Below are positions 17,211 through 24,981 of a stretch of 31,427 nt of DNA, piece by piece. Each line of letters opens with the position of its first letter. The first letter of the stretch is position 1. A model generated the notes under the pieces. It was not told the origin of the DNA, searched no databases, and saw only the letters and a list, made by a program, of their open reading frames with translations. This DNA is from Pseudomonadota bacterium (lineage in GTDB: Bacteria > Pseudomonadota > Alphaproteobacteria > Rhizobiales > CAJQND01): assembly GCA_038748855.1 (NCBI GenBank), contig JBCDIP010000001.1, forward strand, positions 1 through 31,427, read 5' to 3'. The position numbers and the translations under genes are program-made.

Positions 17211-19211
17211 ATGTCACAGAGCCTCCCAAACCTCTTCAGCCCTATCACCCTTGGACCCGTCACCCTGCGCAACCGGATCTTATCCACCGGCCACATGACC
17301 GGCATGATTTCCGCAGGCGTACCAACACCAGCCTTCAGCGCTTACCACGCCGCCCGCGCCGGCGGCGGATCAGGGCTCATCATCACCGAATCCGCCGCCG
17401 TGCATGCTACCTCCAATGCCTATAACATCCAGCTCACGAATCCGGCTGTGATCGATGTGTTGGCTGAGACCGCTGAAGCGGTGAAGCGCGAAGGCTGCGC
17501 GATTTTCGGCCAGCTGGGCCATGGCGGACGTGAGACCCATTCGGGCACCGATGGCTCGCGCCCTGCCGCCTTCGGCCCGTCTGCCATCGCCACCGAACGC
17601 TTCCACGTGATGCCGCGCGCCATGTCTAAAGCTATGATCGCCGACATCGCAGGCGCGTTCGGAGAGGCCGCCAAGGCTTATGAGGCGGCCGGCTATCAGG
17701 GCCTTGAGATTATGGCGAGCCATGGCCTGCTCATCGCACAGTTTTTGAACCCGGAAGCCAATTTGCGCACCGATGAATATGGCGGCTCGCGCGAGAACCG
17801 GCTGCGCTTTGCGCGCGAGGTGATCGCCGCAATCCGCCAGAGCGTGGGCCGGCGCATGGTTCTGGGCATCCGGATCTCTGCCGACGAGCTCAACGCGCGC
17901 GGGCTGGAGACGCCGGAAGTGGTGCACATCTGCAAGGATCTGGACGCGGATGGCACGCTGGATTTCTTCGATATTTGCGGCGGCTCCATGTCCGGGCTGG
18001 GTGGTTCGGTGCATGTGGTGCCGCCCATGAACTATGAGGCCGGCTATCTGGCCCCGGCCTCTGGTGAGGTCCGCACGGCGGTCGATGCGGCCGTGTTCGT
18101 GGCCGGGCGCATCAACGATGTGCGCAGCGCGGAGGCCATTGTGGCGGGCGGGCTGGCAGACATGTGCGGCATGACCCGCGCCCAGATCTGCGACCCGCAG
18201 ATGGCGATCAAAGCTGCTGAAGACCGGCTCGACGACATCCGTGCCTGCATAGGCTGCAATCAGGCCTGCATCGGCCACATGCAGGCGGGCTTTCCCATCT
18301 CCTGCATCCAGCATCCCGAAACCGGACGTGAAGCGCGCTTTGGCGCACGCCAGAAGGCGCGCGCGCCCATGAAGGTGCTTGTGGCGGGCGGCGGTCCGGC
18401 GGGCATGAAGGCAGCTGTGGTCGCGGCCGAGCGGGGCCATCAGGTGACCTTGTGTGAGGCAGCCGCGGAACTCGGCGGCCAGGTGAAGCTGGCCCGCCAG
18501 TTGCCGGGGCGCGATGAGTTCGGCGGGCTGGTCACCAACCTGGCCGCGGAGATGTTGCGCGCGGGCGTTGAGGTGCGCCTCAACACCAAGGTGACCCGCG
18601 AGGTAGTGGAGGCTAAGGGCGCGGATGCGGTGATCCTCGCCACCGGAGCGGTGCCCCACACGCCGAACCACCTGATCCTGGACGGCGGCCATGTGGTGCA
18701 TGCGGCCAAGGTATTGGAGGGCGCCAACGTCGGCACCCGGGTGGTGATCGCCGACTGGCGCTGCGACTGGGTCGGGCTGGGGCTCGCGGAGCGTTTGGCG
18801 CGCGACGGCTGCTATGTGCGCCTGGCGGTGAACGGATATATGCCGGGCCAGTCTATCCAGCAGTACACCCGCGACCGCTGGATCGGTGAGCTGCACAAGC
18901 TGGGTGTGGAGATCACCCCGTTTGCGCGCTTGGTGGGCGGCGACGATGAGGCGGCCTATTTTGAGCACACCACCAGCGGCGAGCCCATCGTGTTTGAGGA
19001 AGTGGACACACTGGTGACGGCCACGGGCTCGGAGACGGATCTGGCGCTTGAGAGCGAGCTTGCTGGCTGGTCCGGGGAGATCTGGATGGTGGGTGATGCC
19101 GTAGCGCCGCGCACCTGCGAAGAAGCGGTTCTGGAGGGCCTCAAGGTGGGCTCTGCCATCGGCGGGGGCGATCTTGCCCCGGGCGACGCGCCGCTGCGGG
19201 TGGGGGGTTAA
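17211..19211 (+). CDS. Old-yellow-enzyme-type NADH:flavin oxidoreductase with [4Fe-4S] and FAD domains (DCR/TMADH-like architecture)
   Basis: LRNRI, RAGGG.GLIITE, NLRTDEYGGSRENRLRF, C-x2-C-x3-C-x11-C cluster motif (CIGCNQAC...SC), GGGPAGM and VGDAVAPR. Confidence 0.92.
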   Translation: MSQSLPNLFSPITLGPVTLRNRILSTGHMTGMISAGVPTPAFSAYHAARAGGGSGLIITESAAVHATSNAYNIQLTNPAVIDVLAETAEAVKREGCAIFGQLGHGGRETHSGTDGSRPAAFGPSAIATERFHVMPRAMSKAMIADIAGAFGEAAKAYEAAGYQGLEIMASHGLLIAQFLNPEANLRTDEYGGSRENRLRFAREVIAAIRQSVGRRMVLGIRISADELNARGLETPEVVHICKDLDADGTLDFFDICGGSMSGLGGSVHVVPPMNYEAGYLAPASGEVRTAVDAAVFVAGRINDVRSAEAIVAGGLADMCGMTRAQICDPQMAIKAAEDRLDDIRACIGCNQACIGHMQAGFPISCIQHPETGREARFGARQKARAPMKVLVAGGGPAGMKAAVVAAERGHQVTLCEAAAELGGQVKLARQLPGRDEFGGLVTNLAAEMLRAGVEVRLNTKVTREVVEAKGADAVILATGAVPHTPNHLILDGGHVVHAAKVLEGANVGTRVVIADWRCDWVGLGLAERLARDGCYVRLAVNGYMPGQSIQQYTRDRWIGELHKLGVEITPFARLVGGDDEAAYFEHTTSGEPIVFEEVDTLVTATGSETDLALESELAGWSGEIWMVGDAVAPRTCEEAVLEGLKVGSAIGGGDLAPGDAPLRVGG

Positions 19212-19214
19212 CTC

Positions 19215-19313
19215 CCGCGTCCTTGCGCACGCGAGGACCTTCTGAGCCAAGGGAAAGGTGCGAGCTATGGGCCCTCGCTTTCGCAAGGGCGCGGCGCGCG
19301 CGGGGATGACGGA
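19215..19313 (-). repeat. 80-bp REP family B doublet, copy 4 (19215-19294), plus a half family A unit (19299-19313)
   Basis: Reverse complement aligns with the other B copies; followed by cgcggggatgacgga. Confidence 0.85.
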
Positions 19314-19607
19314 TTGCACGCGCACGGGTGCGCGGCACGTGGACGTGTTCCGAGGGTGTGCAGGCTGAATTGTCCGGCCTTTTTCTGCGGCCACAGAACA
19401 CCCTATCTCAAGGGTGTGAGTTCGATCGGGGTTTAGCGTTTTCTCTTCAACCAGAAACCAGCCTGCACGACAGTGTCTTAACCGGGGCAAAACATCGTTA
19501 CTTCAGCCACTTCTATTGGTGGGGTGTAAGGCCACCAAAAGGGGTGCTAACCGGCCGAAGCTATCGCCGTAAGGCGCCTGAAGTCGGTCCCTGAGCTAAA
19601 AAGTAGC

Positions 19608-19755
19608 AAAAACGCTCCTTGAGACCTTCCAAAGCCATAATGGCCACCAGGTCCGAGCCGTTCGGGAAGTGACGCCCTACTAGGCAAGGCACCGTCGCCC
19701 ATCCTCCATCTCCTGGTACCACCATGGTTGATGCCCTCGGAAGAGGAAAGGCAAG
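19608..19755 (-). ncRNA. ~150-nt structured RNA, probably speF leader / alpha-r45 (Smr45C)-like
   Basis: Long stem (19712-19727 with 19635-19651, 16 bp plus one bulge); outer stem UCUUCCGAGG/CUUUGGAAGG; G-U pairs valid on the - strand; strong promoter upstream and U-tract downstream. The family identity rests on my recollection of the CUCUUCC..AGG...GCUUUGGA...GAGCG pattern, not on a search. Confidence 0.5.
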
Positions 19756-19759
19756 GAAC

Positions 19760-19788
19760 ATATAGAGAACATTTTTATCCCCGTCAAG
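19760..19788 (-). promoter_or_regulatory. Sigma70 promoter CTTGAC-N17-CTATAT
   Basis: Exact match to the rhizobial RpoD consensus: + strand GTCAAG 19783-19788, ATATAG 19760-19765, 17-nt spacer. Confidence 0.8.
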
Positions 19789-19919
19789 GACTATTTTCAA
19801 GAAAATAAGCAAACATTTGGTGGCAACCCCTGAGCTTGTTCGACTTTCGTCGCCTGCATCAATTCACCACGTGTGCCCGAGAATATGATACACTACATGA
19901 ACGCCTGAGAGGAAAGGCG

Positions 19920-20651
19920 ATGAGCGAACGCAAAGACATCCACAATTCCGAAATTCCTGAGGTGTGCGTCTCCTGCGAGGCACGCCACCGCGGAATTTGC
20001 GGTGCGTTGAAACCAAACCAATTGCTGGCGCTCAGCAAGCACACCACCCGGCGATCCTATGAGGCGGGGACCGAACTGGTGCGCGATGCTGAGCCTGTGT
20101 CGGCCTATTCCAACGTGATTTCCGGGGTGGTCAAACTGTCCAAACTGCTCGCTGATGGGCGCCAGCAGATTGTGGGTCTGCAGTTTGCGCCGGACTTTTT
20201 GGGCCGTCCCTTGAAGTCTGAAAGCCAGCTCTCTGCCGAAGCGGCCACCACGGTGAGCTTGTGCAGCTTTCCCAAGGCGTCTTTAGAGCGGCTCATGGCC
20301 GAGGCGCCTGAGCTCGAACACAAGCTGCTAGAGCAGAGCCTCAAAGAGCTTGATGAGGCCCGCGAGTGGATGGTGGCCCTGGGCCGCAAGACCGCCGCTG
20401 AGCGGGTGGCACACTTCCTCTATCTGATCGCAATGCATGTGGATCCGGAAGCGGAGCTTGATGAGGACAGTTCCATCGCCTTCGACCTGCCGCTCACCCG
20501 GGCCGATATTGCCGATTTTCTGGGGCTGACCATCGAAACAGTCAGCCGGCAGATCACCAAGCTGCGCAAGGCGGAGATCATCAAAGTGGAGAACAATCGC
20601 CACGTGACGATCCCGAACCTGGGTTATTTGCGGGACGTGTCCGGGTCTTAG
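19920..20651 (+). CDS. fnrN: Crp/Fnr family O2-sensing regulator, FnrN/FnrL/AadR type
   Basis: N-terminal C-x2-C-x7-C (CVSCEARHRGIC) plus central Cys (SLCSF); LGRKTAAERVA; LTRADIADFLGLTIETVSR helix-turn-helix. RBS GAGGAAAGG before ATG 19920. Confidence 0.88.
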   Translation: MSERKDIHNSEIPEVCVSCEARHRGICGALKPNQLLALSKHTTRRSYEAGTELVRDAEPVSAYSNVISGVVKLSKLLADGRQQIVGLQFAPDFLGRPLKSESQLSAEAATTVSLCSFPKASLERLMAEAPELEHKLLEQSLKELDEAREWMVALGRKTAAERVAHFLYLIAMHVDPEAELDEDSSIAFDLPLTRADIADFLGLTIETVSRQITKLRKAEIIKVENNRHVTIPNLGYLRDVSGS

Positions 20652-20662
20652 GCTCGCAAAGC

Positions 20663-20786
20663 TGCTTTATCCGTCATGCCCGCGCAGGCGGGCATCCAGA
20701 GCCTCAAACCTCTGAACGCTGCAGCGATGGATCCCCGCCTTCGCGGGGATGACGAGTAGATGTTCGCGGGCATGACGGATAAAGCA
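20663..20786. repeat. REP family A cluster bounded by a perfect 22-bp inverted repeat
   Basis: tgctttatccgtcatgcccgcg (20663-20684) / cgcgggcatgacggataaagca (20765-20786), with an inner inverted unit tggatccccgccttcgcggggatgacg. Confidence 0.85.
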
Positions 20787-20809
20787 GGCATAACCGTGTT
20801 GGGCGAAGC

Positions 20810-21379
20810 CTACTGCAACCGCAGCTGAAACCCCGTTGGCATATGCCCACGCAGCACATCTCGGATCCCGGCGGCCAAGACCTCCAGGTCCTCTTTCACA
20901 AGAACCTTTCGGGCAATAGGCAGCAGATGGTCCTGCTCGAACGCAATGTGGCGCCGCAGCCCCTCAAACAGGCCCCGCAACAGATAGCCCGCCGCCTCCG
21001 TGTTGAAGGGCGGTGTGCCGTCTGATAGGCGGGTCAGCAGCTCGATCGCTTCATCGCAGTGACCTTCATCCGTGCGGTGCTCATCGGAAAGGCGCTGAAA
21101 GATGCGTTCAAGGTCGTGATTGTCGCCCGCCCGCGCCAGCAACCGCGGGAACAACACCTCTTCTTCCAATTGGTGGTGGGTGTTGACCCGGTATTGCAGC
21201 GCCAACGCAGCGTGGAAGCATTGTCCTTTGTCCACGCGGTCGGGGAGAGAATCAGCAATCTCTTCCAAAAGATCGCAAATACGCAAATGCTGCATGAGAT
21301 CGTTGGCAACGAATTTGAGGGCGCTAAAGGCTGTGACAACCGCAGGATCGGTTCTAAGGATACTTTCTAAATAAGACAT
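20810..21379 (-). CDS. Hemerythrin (HHE) domain protein
   Basis: QHLRICDLLEEIAD, HHQLEEEVLFP, EHRTDEG and HIAFEQDHLLP: the H...HxxxE...H...HxxxE ligand pattern. Confidence 0.85.
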   Translation of the reverse strand: MSYLESILRTDPAVVTAFSALKFVANDLMQHLRICDLLEEIADSLPDRVDKGQCFHAALALQYRVNTHHQLEEEVLFPRLLARAGDNHDLERIFQRLSDEHRTDEGHCDEAIELLTRLSDGTPPFNTEAAGYLLRGLFEGLRRHIAFEQDHLLPIARKVLVKEDLEVLAAGIRDVLRGHMPTGFQLRLQ

Positions 21380-21456
21380 CTAAGCCCCAATACGTCGGGT
21401 TTAACGGATCTGCGCTAGTAATAAGCGAAACCACCACAATTCGGCTGTTCTCAGCC

Positions 21457-21470
21457 TTGATCTAGATCAA
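21457..21470. promoter_or_regulatory. FNR/FixK box (anaerobox) TTGAT-CTAG-ATCAA
   Basis: Perfect TTGAT-N4-ATCAA consensus, extending to the 18-bp palindrome 21455-21472, upstream of ccoN. Confidence 0.93.
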
Positions 21471-21565
21471 GGTTCGAAACCGAGTGTTGTCCCAAAAGAG
21501 AACTCATCTGGGCCCAGAATACGCAACACGTGCGTCTATGGGCGACTGTCAGAGAGGGAACAACA

Positions 21566-23179
21566 ATGGTGACAACCCTACCCACCATCGCATTACTCGC
21601 GGGCGGCGGCCTGATTGCCCTTCTGGGCGCAGCGAAAGCTCACGATAGCTTATTTGCAGCTCATGCCTGGATCTGCGTCATCGCCGCGCTGATCGCGATC
21701 TTCGTGCTCGCGCGCCAATCGGGCCATGCCAGCTCGGATGCCGCTGAAGACGGTGAAGAGAAGTATCTGGACGGCGTCATCCGCTATGGTGCCATAGCCA
21801 CCTTGTTCTGGGGCATTGCTGGATTTCTCGTCGGGCTCATCATTGCCTTGCAACTGGCGTTTCCGGTTCTGAACCTGGATCTGCCATTCACCTCATTCGG
21901 GCGCCTGCGGCCGCTGCACACTTCCGCAGTGGTTTTCGCCTTTGGCGGCAACGCGCTGCTCTGCACCAGTTTCTACGTGGTCCAGCGCACCTGCCAAACC
22001 CGCCTGGCACTGGGCAATGCGGCCTGGTTCGTCTTCTGGGGGTATCAGCTCTTCATCGTGTTGGCCGCCACCGGCTACCTGATGGGGGTCACCCAGTCGA
22101 AAGAATATGCAGAACCTGAATGGTATGTGGACCTCTGGCTCACCATCGTCTGGGTGGTCTACCTGCTGGTCTTTTTGGGCACCCTGTTCAAGCGCAAGGA
22201 GCCCCACATCTATGTGGCCAACTGGTTCTACCTGGCCTTCATCGTCACCATCGCCATGCTACACATCGTCAACAACCTGTCGATGCCGGTCTCGTTCATG
22301 GGTGCCAAGAGCTACTCGCTGTTCGCCGGCGTACAGGACGCGCTGACCCAGTGGTGTTATGGCCACAACGCGGTGGGTTTCTTCCTCACCGCCGTTTTCC
22401 TGGGCATGATGTACTACTTCATGCCCAAACAGGCTGAACGGCCGGTCTATTCCTACCGGCTCTCCATCGTGCACTTCTGGTCGCTGATCTTCCTGTACAT
22501 CTGGGCAGGTCCGCACCACTTGCACTACACCGCGCTGCCCGATTGGGCGCAGACCTTAGGCATGGTGTTCTCCATCATGCTGTGGATGCCTTCCTGGGGC
22601 GGCATGATCAATGGCCTTATGACCCTGTCTGGCGCGTGGGACAAAATGCGCACTGACCCGATCATCCGCATGATGGTTCTGGCGGTCGCCTTCTACGGCA
22701 TGTCCACCTTCGAGGGACCGATGATGTCCATCAAGGCGGTCAACAGCCTCAGCCACTACACCGACTGGACCATCGGCCACGTGCACTCTGGCGCACTTGG
22801 GTGGGTCGGCATGATCTCTTTCGGCGCGGTCTACTTCATGGTGCCGAAACTGTGGGGCCGCGAGCAGCTCTATTCGCTGCGGCTCATCAACTGGCACTTC
22901 TGGCTCGCCACGCTCGGAATCGTGGTCTACGCGGCCGCCATGTGGGTGTCGGGCATCATGCAAGGTCTGATGTGGCGCGAGTACGATGCGCAAGGCTTCC
23001 TGGTCTACAGCTTCGCTGAGTCGGTCGCCGCCATGCATCCCTTCTATGTGATCCGGGCCTTCGGCGGTGGCCTTTACCTTGCCGGTGCTCTGATCATGGC
23101 GTGGAACATCTACTGCACCATCCTGGGCCGCAGGCGGGACGAAGCTCCCATGGGCGCCCCTGTGATCGCAGCAGCGTAA
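21566..23179 (+). CDS. ccoN: cbb3-type cytochrome c oxidase subunit I
   Basis: [29 protein letters not shown] and [14 protein letters not shown]. Start at ATG 21566 after RBS GAGGG. Confidence 0.98.
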   Translation: MVTTLPTIALLAGGGLIALLGAAKAHDSLFAAHAWICVIAALIAIFVLARQSGHASSDAAEDGEEKYLDGVIRYGAIATLFWGIAGFLVGLIIALQLAFPVLNLDLPFTSFGRLRPLHTSAVVFAFGGNALLCTSFYVVQRTCQTRLALGNAAWFVFWGYQLFIVLAATGYLMGVTQSKEYAEPEWYVDLWLTIVWVVYLLVFLGTLFKRKEPHIYVANWFYLAFIVTIAMLHIVNNLSMPVSFMGAKSYSLFAGVQDALTQWCYGHNAVGFFLTAVFLGMMYYFMPKQAERPVYSYRLSIVHFWSLIFLYIWAGPHHLHYTALPDWAQTLGMVFSIMLWMPSWGGMINGLMTLSGAWDKMRTDPIIRMMVLAVAFYGMSTFEGPMMSIKAVNSLSHYTDWTIGHVHSGALGWVGMISFGAVYFMVPKLWGREQLYSLRLINWHFWLATLGIVVYAAAMWVSGIMQGLMWREYDAQGFLVYSFAESVAAMHPFYVIRAFGGGLYLAGALIMAWNIYCTILGRRRDEAPMGAPVIAAA

Positions 23180-23195
23180 GGAAAGGACAGGGAAC

Positions 23196-23927
23196 ATGTT
23201 CAAGATCAGTCACGAGAAGATCGAAACCAACGCCACGCTGTTGATGGTGCTGAGCCTGATCGTCGTCTCCATCGGCGGCCTGGTGGAGATCGCCCCCTTG
23301 TTCTATCTGCAGAACACAATCGAGAAGGTGGAAGGGGTGAGACCCTACTCGCCGCTCGAGCTGAAAGGGCGCAACATCTACATCCGGGAGGGGTGCTATG
23401 TGTGCCACTCCCAGATGATCCGCCCCTTCCGCGATGAGGTGGAGCGCTACGGCCACTACTCCCTGGCGGCCGAAAGCATGTACGACCACCCGTTTCAGTG
23501 GGGCTCCAAACGCACCGGACCGGATCTGGCCCGGGTGGGCGGGCGCTATTCGGATGACTGGCACGTGCAGCATCTGATCAACCCGCAATCGGTGGTGCCG
23601 GAAAGCGTCATGCCGAAGTACAGCTGGCTTCTGACCACTGAACTGAGGACCGACGACATTGCCGATCACCTGAAAGCCAACCGGGCGGTGGGTGTGCCGT
23701 ACACCGATGAGATGATCGAGAACGCACGGACCGATCTTCTCGCCCAAGCCGACCCGGACAGTGACGGCGCTGAAGATGTGGCCGCGCGCTATCCCAAGGC
23801 GCAGGTCTCCAACTTCGACGGCAATGCACAGAAGCTCACTGAGATGGATGCCCTGGTGGCCTACCTGCAGATGCTGGGGACCCTGGTGGACTTCAACTCG
23901 TACCGCGCTCAAGACAACCTGCGCTGA
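23196..23927 (+). CDS. ccoO: cbb3-type cytochrome c oxidase subunit II
   Basis: [16 protein letters not shown] and [14 protein letters not shown]. Confidence 0.98.
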   Translation: MFKISHEKIETNATLLMVLSLIVVSIGGLVEIAPLFYLQNTIEKVEGVRPYSPLELKGRNIYIREGCYVCHSQMIRPFRDEVERYGHYSLAAESMYDHPFQWGSKRTGPDLARVGGRYSDDWHVQHLINPQSVVPESVMPKYSWLLTTELRTDDIADHLKANRAVGVPYTDEMIENARTDLLAQADPDSDGAEDVAARYPKAQVSNFDGNAQKLTEMDALVAYLQMLGTLVDFNSYRAQDNLR

Positions 23928-23941
23928 GGAGGGAACATCTG

Positions 23942-24091
23942 ATGGATTACGAATTCCTGCGCCAGATGGCCGACAGTTGGGGCCTTCTCTATCTCGTTAT
24001 CTTGTTCGTTGGGGTGGTGCTTTTCACCTTCCGCCCCTGGGCGCGCAAACGTTACGACGACGCCGCCAAAATCCCGCTAAAGGAGGATTGA
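23942..24091 (+). CDS. ccoQ: cbb3-type cytochrome c oxidase subunit CcoQ (49 aa; not in the ORF track)
   Basis: Hand translation MDYEFLRQMADSWGLLYLVILFVGVVLFTFRPWARKRYDDAAKIPLKED; RBS GAGGAGGG; position between ccoO and ccoP. Confidence 0.95.
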   Translation: MDYEFLRQMADSWGLLYLVILFVGVVLFTFRPWARKRYDDAAKIPLKED

Positions 24092-24095
24092 TCCC

Positions 24096-24965
24096 GTGGC
24101 CAATAAAGAAGTCGACAAACTCTCCGGTATCGAGACCACAGGTCACGAGTGGGACGGGATTAAGGAGCTGAACAACCCGCTGCCGCGTTGGTGGCTGTGG
24201 ACCTTCTATGCAACGTGCATCTGGGCTTTGGGGTACGTGATTGCCTATCCAGCGATCCCGCTCATCTCGTCCGCCACTACCGGGGTTCTGGGCTATTCCA
24301 GCCGGGCGGAGGTGGCCGATGAACTTACCAATGCCAAGATCGCGCAAGCGGATATGCTGGCGAAAATCCAATCTGCTTCCTTAGAAGAGATCCGTAAGGA
24401 CCCGGAAATGCTGCAGTTTGCGGTGTCCGGCGGCCGGTCCGCCTTCCTGGTGAACTGTGTCCAGTGTCACGGCTCCGGTGCTGCTGGCAGCCCCGGCTAT
24501 CCCAACCTCAACGACGATGACTGGATCTGGGGTGGTAAGCTGGAGGACATTTACGTGACCTTGAAGCACGGCATCCGATTCCAGTGGGACGATGATACGC
24601 GCGATTCTCTAATGCCGGCCTTCGGCGCAGATGAGATTCTGGAGAGAACCCAGATCAACGACATCGCTGAATATGTGCGCCAACTGGCCGGCTTGGAGCA
24701 TGATGGCGAAGCGGCCACCCGCGGCGTTGCGGCCTATGTGGAAAACTGTGCAGCCTGTCATAAAGAGGATGGGGCAGGCGATCCCGAACAGGGCGCCCCG
24801 AACCTGAAAGATGCCATTTGGCACTATGGCTCCAGCAAGCAGGAGATTGCACAGCAGATCTATAAACCGCGCCACGGCGTGATGCCGGGCTGGGTCAACC
24901 GACTAGACGATGAAACCTTGAAGAAGCTGACCGTCTACGTGCATTCGCTGGGCGGCGGCGAATAG
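24096..24965 (+). CDS. ccoP: cbb3-type cytochrome c oxidase subunit III
   Basis: TTGHEWDGIKELNNPLPRWW; two heme motifs, CVQCH and CAACH. Confidence 0.98.
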   Translation: MANKEVDKLSGIETTGHEWDGIKELNNPLPRWWLWTFYATCIWALGYVIAYPAIPLISSATTGVLGYSSRAEVADELTNAKIAQADMLAKIQSASLEEIRKDPEMLQFAVSGGRSAFLVNCVQCHGSGAAGSPGYPNLNDDDWIWGGKLEDIYVTLKHGIRFQWDDDTRDSLMPAFGADEILERTQINDIAEYVRQLAGLEHDGEAATRGVAAYVENCAACHKEDGAGDPEQGAPNLKDAIWHYGSSKQEIAQQIYKPRHGVMPGWVNRLDDETLKKLTVYVHSLGGGE

Positions 24966-24981
24966 GAGCTAAGGCCTGTTC

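Noticed and set aside
17370-19490. 706-aa antisense ORF opposite the OYE gene
   Set aside because: No recognisable motifs; a shadow of GC-biased codon usage on the real + strand gene, extended through REP DNA.
19645-19675. CAGGTCCG...GGAAG resembling SRP RNA helix 8, and a possible 6S RNA or tmRNA reading of the same locus
   Set aside because: Lacks the GNRA loop and GCAG of SRP and is on the strand opposite the promoter; no tmRNA tag or tRNA-like ends; no clear 6S central bubble.
19561-19812. 83-aa ORF on the - strand upstream of fnrN
   Set aside because: It starts upstream of and runs through the CTTGAC/CTATAT promoter; the region is better explained as a structured RNA.
19850-19862. ATCAA half-site upstream of fnrN as an autoregulatory FNR box
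   Set aside because: The left half (GTCGC) does not resemble TTGAT.
9678-20786. Repeats as a possible CRISPR array or intact IS
   Set aside because: Copies are dispersed over kilobases rather than regularly spaced, and no cas or transposase gene is present.
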